From Anthoceros angustus (taxonomy: Eukaryota > Plantae > Anthocerotophyta): a stretch of 64,000 nucleotides of DNA. The notes beneath the pieces are model-generated. The model searched no databases and had not been told where the DNA came from. It was given only the letters and a program-made list of their open reading frames with translations. Positions 59,601 to 64,000 of this stretch are shown here, in pieces (position 1 is the stretch's first letter; the number at the start of each line of letters is the position of its first letter). The DNA lies in NCBI GenBank assembly GCA_010909165.1, contig MU008166.1:1736001-1800000 (forward strand), written 5' to 3'. The translations under genes and the position numbers were made by a program.

Positions 59601-62399
59601 GCTGCCGCAAATGTCTAGATTGGGGTTCTCGAGGTTTCTCGCCTCAGCCTGAGCGCACTCACCGAGATTCACATCCGCCTGTGCTCCTATCCGCTTTTTC
59701 CAGAGGAGGAGGCCGAGACGCTGGGCGGATACATTCTGGGCAACAGCCGAGGGCGGCCTTTGCAGGGTCTGAGGGTCTTGCTCAAGAGATCAAGGGAGGT
59801 TCCTCTATTTCCCCTTGCTACTTTCTAATTCCAAATTGCCAATCATGATGCGGTGGCTCAAAACCATGACTAGATTTACATACTTAGATCGATCCTATGC
59901 AGGATGCGCTGATCCAGACAAGGTTGTCACAAGAGGGGAAGATACATTGTTACGGCCGCGCCATACATGATGAGCTTTCAATTATAGAACATCGTAATGC
60001 ACAGATGCATGAGGCTAGATTGAGCCCCGATGCATACCATGGAAAATCTAGCGAGGATTGGCATCTCAGATCTACAGACACGAGATGCTATGTCACAAAG
60101 ATCGTTGAGGATTAGCTCCAAAAATGTGGGTAAAGTGTGGAAGAAGTGTCCATTTTCTTAAGAGGATGTGAATTACTAAGACACAATTACTCCACGAATG
60201 AACGGTAGGAAGCACGGAAGAAAGCCAACACCCAACAACAGCCCCTAATCGACCCCCTCGTCCGCTCCAATGCTCTAAGGGCATGGAGAGTATTCCAAGG
60301 AGTCCCAAGGACGAGAAGGTGAAGAGATGTTGATAGTGACCTTAAGGTCATCCAAGGAAACCGCAGCTAAAAGATATGGATACTGATGTTGGCAACAGGA
60401 AGAAGATTAACCTTATCGAGCATGCCTTTCGAAAGGCTATGAAGTGTGCCACCTTCGATGAAGTCGCCAAACAGTTTCCCAAGCATACCGAGGCCAAGGA
60501 ATTGGCGAAGTTTCAAACAGCTTTTGCGAAAGTGGTAAGTGAGTGTATTCGTTGGGGAGTCGCGGTCGGTGGCGCACTTGCAGATCGGCGCCTCCTCTGT
60601 TTGTTTCCGTGGCGCAAGGCGTGCGTCGGCCGGCGCACTCCGGTGCTGCAGCGCCTCAGCCACATTTACCGGCGCGCTGGCGCTGGCCACGCGGTGGCGC
60701 CTCCGCCGGCGGTTCATTGGTGGAGTCGCCCGGTGGCCATCGCTGTCAATGAGTTGTTTCGACCACCGCCTGCTGCTTGCGTAAACCGGAGACATTGAGG
60801 ATTTGAAAGCTCGCCAAAACCTTTCCAAGATTTTGTTTATAGCGAATCGAAACGGATGGAAGAAGAGCGAAAACAAATGGCCGACAAGGACATGGATGCG
60901 CCGAGGCCAGTGTGGTTCTGACAAAGTGGCATATCGTGGTGCATCGAGACATTTTGGATATGAAAGGATTTTTGCCACCGAGGAGGTATACTCTTCTTTT
61001 CTCGCGACCTCCCTCGAGGTTTACATGCATGAGAATGACAAGGCTTTCGTTGAAGAAGAATTGAAAGAGATCATCACTTTCAACGAGAAGACCACGATGT
61101 GTTCCGGAGCACTTATGCATGGGGTGGATGGGGTGATTCAAGCCGTGGAGGCTTTGAGGTCTTGGTGCGTGAAAGGAGTCATACAAACTCGGTATGGGAG
61201 AAAACCAACATCCCACCTAAGCAGCCGTTGGAAACAAAGTGGAATATTTGATGGAAGCGCAGGAGGATGAGTCCAATGTCGGAAAAGCTCCTCTTTCCGC
61301 AAAGACATCAAACAGTGCCGCCAAGAGTTATCCGACATGGACCGTGGTGAAGAAGTCGATTTACCACATCGGTGATAAGATGGTCGACGCCATATCGTAA
61401 ACCCGTGGGCTTATTAGGCATGTTGGTGAACATGTTCTCCAACGAAGACGATCGGATTGTTGACGTGCGTGATCGTGATCATTTTGGTGGCCGGATTCAA
61501 CGGAAAAGGAACGCTAGGCTATTGACAAAGACGCACGATGCTCAATGTATATGTCACAACGAGTGAACGGGTTGCTAGCCGGACGAGTTCAAGAAATAAC
61601 AACGAGATAAGTTTTCGGGCCCTGCAAGTTTTGGGCAAAGGAGATCTGCGGCATTTGAGGCATTGAGAAAATGCAAGTGTATAGCTTGCTTGGAAAGAAG
61701 GGTCGAATGAAGGACTCGCACTGTGACGACCGGCCGTTGAAGACCAACCGCATTGACAATATGGGATGAAAACGGCACACTACCACCGCATAATGAGGCT
61801 CCGATGCTTCGCTTTGGTGTGAAGGTGATGACTTTGGTGACACGGAAAGGTGATTTGGAAAATGTAGAAACGGTGCGATTCGGAGCTCAATTTGGTTGAA
61901 GTAGATGACCCTTTGGGTAGCTGTGACTTGTAGATGAGGGGCTCGTCCGTTGACCGTATAATTCCTGTTTTGACCCTTCGTGGAAAATGCCCGACTTTGA
62001 TTTGAATGCATATTACGTGTTTTGGACCCATAGTGCCGGCACTCGCCTTTCCCCGAGTAAGTTCGGCGCCGACGACCGCGACCAAACAAAAGTGTGCATA
62101 CATGGAAAAACCTCGATTTTACTTACATTGTTCTAAGTGGAACTGCCATTAAGCACATCTCTTTTAAAAACACGTGTTTTGCATGATATGAGAAAGGGGT
62201 GGCAACCTCCACCCAAAGCGCAAAAGAGGCTTTCAAGAATCCGCCGATATTGCGCGGACTCTGTTAATGTTGTGTTCGAAGTTTTCGCAAGGTGTTCTGC
62301 ATTGGATGGAGAAGGTATCACGATCTGACGAACAGGGTTGTCCGGAACACACCATGGTCATCGGAAATGAAGGTCCAAGCCCGTCCAAAGCAGGACCAT

Positions 62400-63960
62400 G
62401 TGCTATAATGCATTGCTTGGATGGACCAATTTTTCAAGATATCTGAGCATGCCAAAGCGTTGCGATGTTCAACCCGCCTGACTCCTATCTGAAGGGAGAT
62501 CTTCCAAGACTACAAGCGGGGAGGTGGCACGGGCTGGATGTCGTATCTCTCTCTCATTTTTTATTGTGGAAGATGCACTTCCGAATGTCAAGATCCCGAA
62601 GTCGGCTTTTCCAAATGTGCGGTGAAACTATCAAGACGGCCATTGATTGACGGATCGACGAGATCAAGGTAGGTCCAAGTGTAAGGACTCTCAAGTGTGC
62701 AGCGAGTGCGCCTTGCGTGCGGCAGGAGGGTGCGCGCGTGCGCACGGAGGGTGCCGTCGCGCGCGGTGCGCGCACTCGGCGTCGCGCACAGTGCGCCTTG
62801 TGAGAAGAGGCGCGCCGGGCGATCTTGCGCCGCAGTGCAAAAGTAGGAGCCCCAATCTGCGCGCACTTATGCTCTCGCTATGCAATATAAGAATCTCACA
62901 TCGTCATAGTTCCTTGGCATAACATTTGGAGGCTGCGGTCGCCGGGTTCGATTAAAACAAGAGTGGTGAAGCTAGCATCGGCGCGGACAACCCATATATT
63001 GGAATTGCCATAGATGGAATGGACCAGAGCAAGACAGAGCTTCCGCACTTTACAAGGCCTCCAAAAGATTTCGCCGATGGGTTAATTCGTGTTCATGTTG
63101 TTGGTTGTTTGGTATACAATAATGTGATGAAGACAGGTGTATGTCAACTATCCGAACATCCGCAATGATGCCAACTGACGATACATATTATTCAAGATAT
63201 TATACTCAACTATGACGGTGTCTTGCCAAAGACCTTTACCTTCAATTGGACAACACGCGAGAACAAGAATATCGTTGTTTGCATATCCGAGTATGCTGGT
63301 GAAGAAGCGGTATTCGAGAAGGTTAAAGTTGGATTCCTTCTTGTCGGGCACACCCATGATTCAGTGGATCAAATGTTCTCTTGTTTTTCAAAAAGTCTCA
63401 GACATAAGAAGGCAATGTCGCTACCAACTCGATGACGCTTATTGAACAAGCGTATACCCCAAATCCGTGAAAGTGATTACCGGTGTTGGATTTCGCAGTA
63501 TGTATGGCCTTCGGATGGGTAAAAGGGGGCACGGATGCTCTGTTGGACGTTTGAACAACCACAGTTATCAACATCAATTTAAAATCACGAGAGAAGAACG
63601 CAGCGGGCAATGGTTGTAGTGCTTCGCGGCAAATACTTATCAACCACGCCTCACTGGGAACCCGACGAGGGACTTGAGTTTCTTCGCCTCATCCCAGAAA
63701 CCCCCATCTGTGGGGCACCTCTGTGTGCACTACAAGTACATGGGAAAGCTCCAGATCCCAACCCTCATAGATCATTGGATGGCATCAGGAAGGCACTCGA
63801 AGAGCCGATGCAGAAGTACCTTACCAGTGCCGACAAGGTATGGTGGAACGGCTTTTGGGAGTCACAAGCTCTGATTTGTACGAAAATCTCCAGTGGAGTC
63901 GACCATGAGCTAGAGATACCATGGCAGTGGTACAATCGGGTAGAGGCTGAGCGAAATAGC
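62400..63960 (+). pseudogene. Second decayed DUF7869 / Sola-like transposase
   Basis: LPNVKIPK...FSKC, IAIDGMDQSKTELPHF, RVHVVG, LPKTF..QLDN.RENKN and FEKVKVGFLLVGHTHDSVDQMFS, across frameshifts. Confidence 0.8.
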
Positions 63961-64000
63961 GATACCATCCTTGTGCCGGATGTTCTGCTTCTCCCGGCTC

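Overview
Eukaryotic nuclear DNA from a land plant, most likely a hornwort. The main clue is a giant PLS-class PPR gene ending in a 'PGQSWWTD' (WW-type) PG box; introns are short and host genes are GC3-rich. Host genes: a pectin methylesterase (8.4-10.0 kb), the autophagy receptor NBR1 (17.1-19.9 kb), a 1637-aa PLS-PPR (26.7-31.6 kb) with a paralogous 3' relic (40 kb), a GH3 beta-xylosidase with an internal tandem duplication (33.1-37.7 kb) and tRNA-Asp(GUC) (42.3 kb). An intronless, AT-rich TGS1-like RNA cap methyltransferase ORF (11.5-12.4 kb) is partially duplicated. Mobile DNA: three Ty1/copia elements (two with both LTRs and 5-bp TSDs), a 2.1-kb non-autonomous TIR element with a 4-bp TSD nested in one of them, and two decayed DUF7869/Sola-like transposases. 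The most unusual signals are Pol III-gene-derived repeats. One is a family of about 220-bp elements with a 5' hairpin, a 5S-rRNA-like internal control region, conserved 3' stem-loops and an AATAAA-(TTC)n tail (candidate 5S-derived SINE; one copy lies head-to-head with the tRNA gene). The other is a tRNA-Lys-derived triplicated repeat. Several 0.6-2 kb tandem duplications with homopolymer-type indels suggest part of the structure and many frameshifts may be long-read assembly noise. No CRISPR array. Reference 5S/tRNA sequences and family signatures were recalled from memory, not searched.
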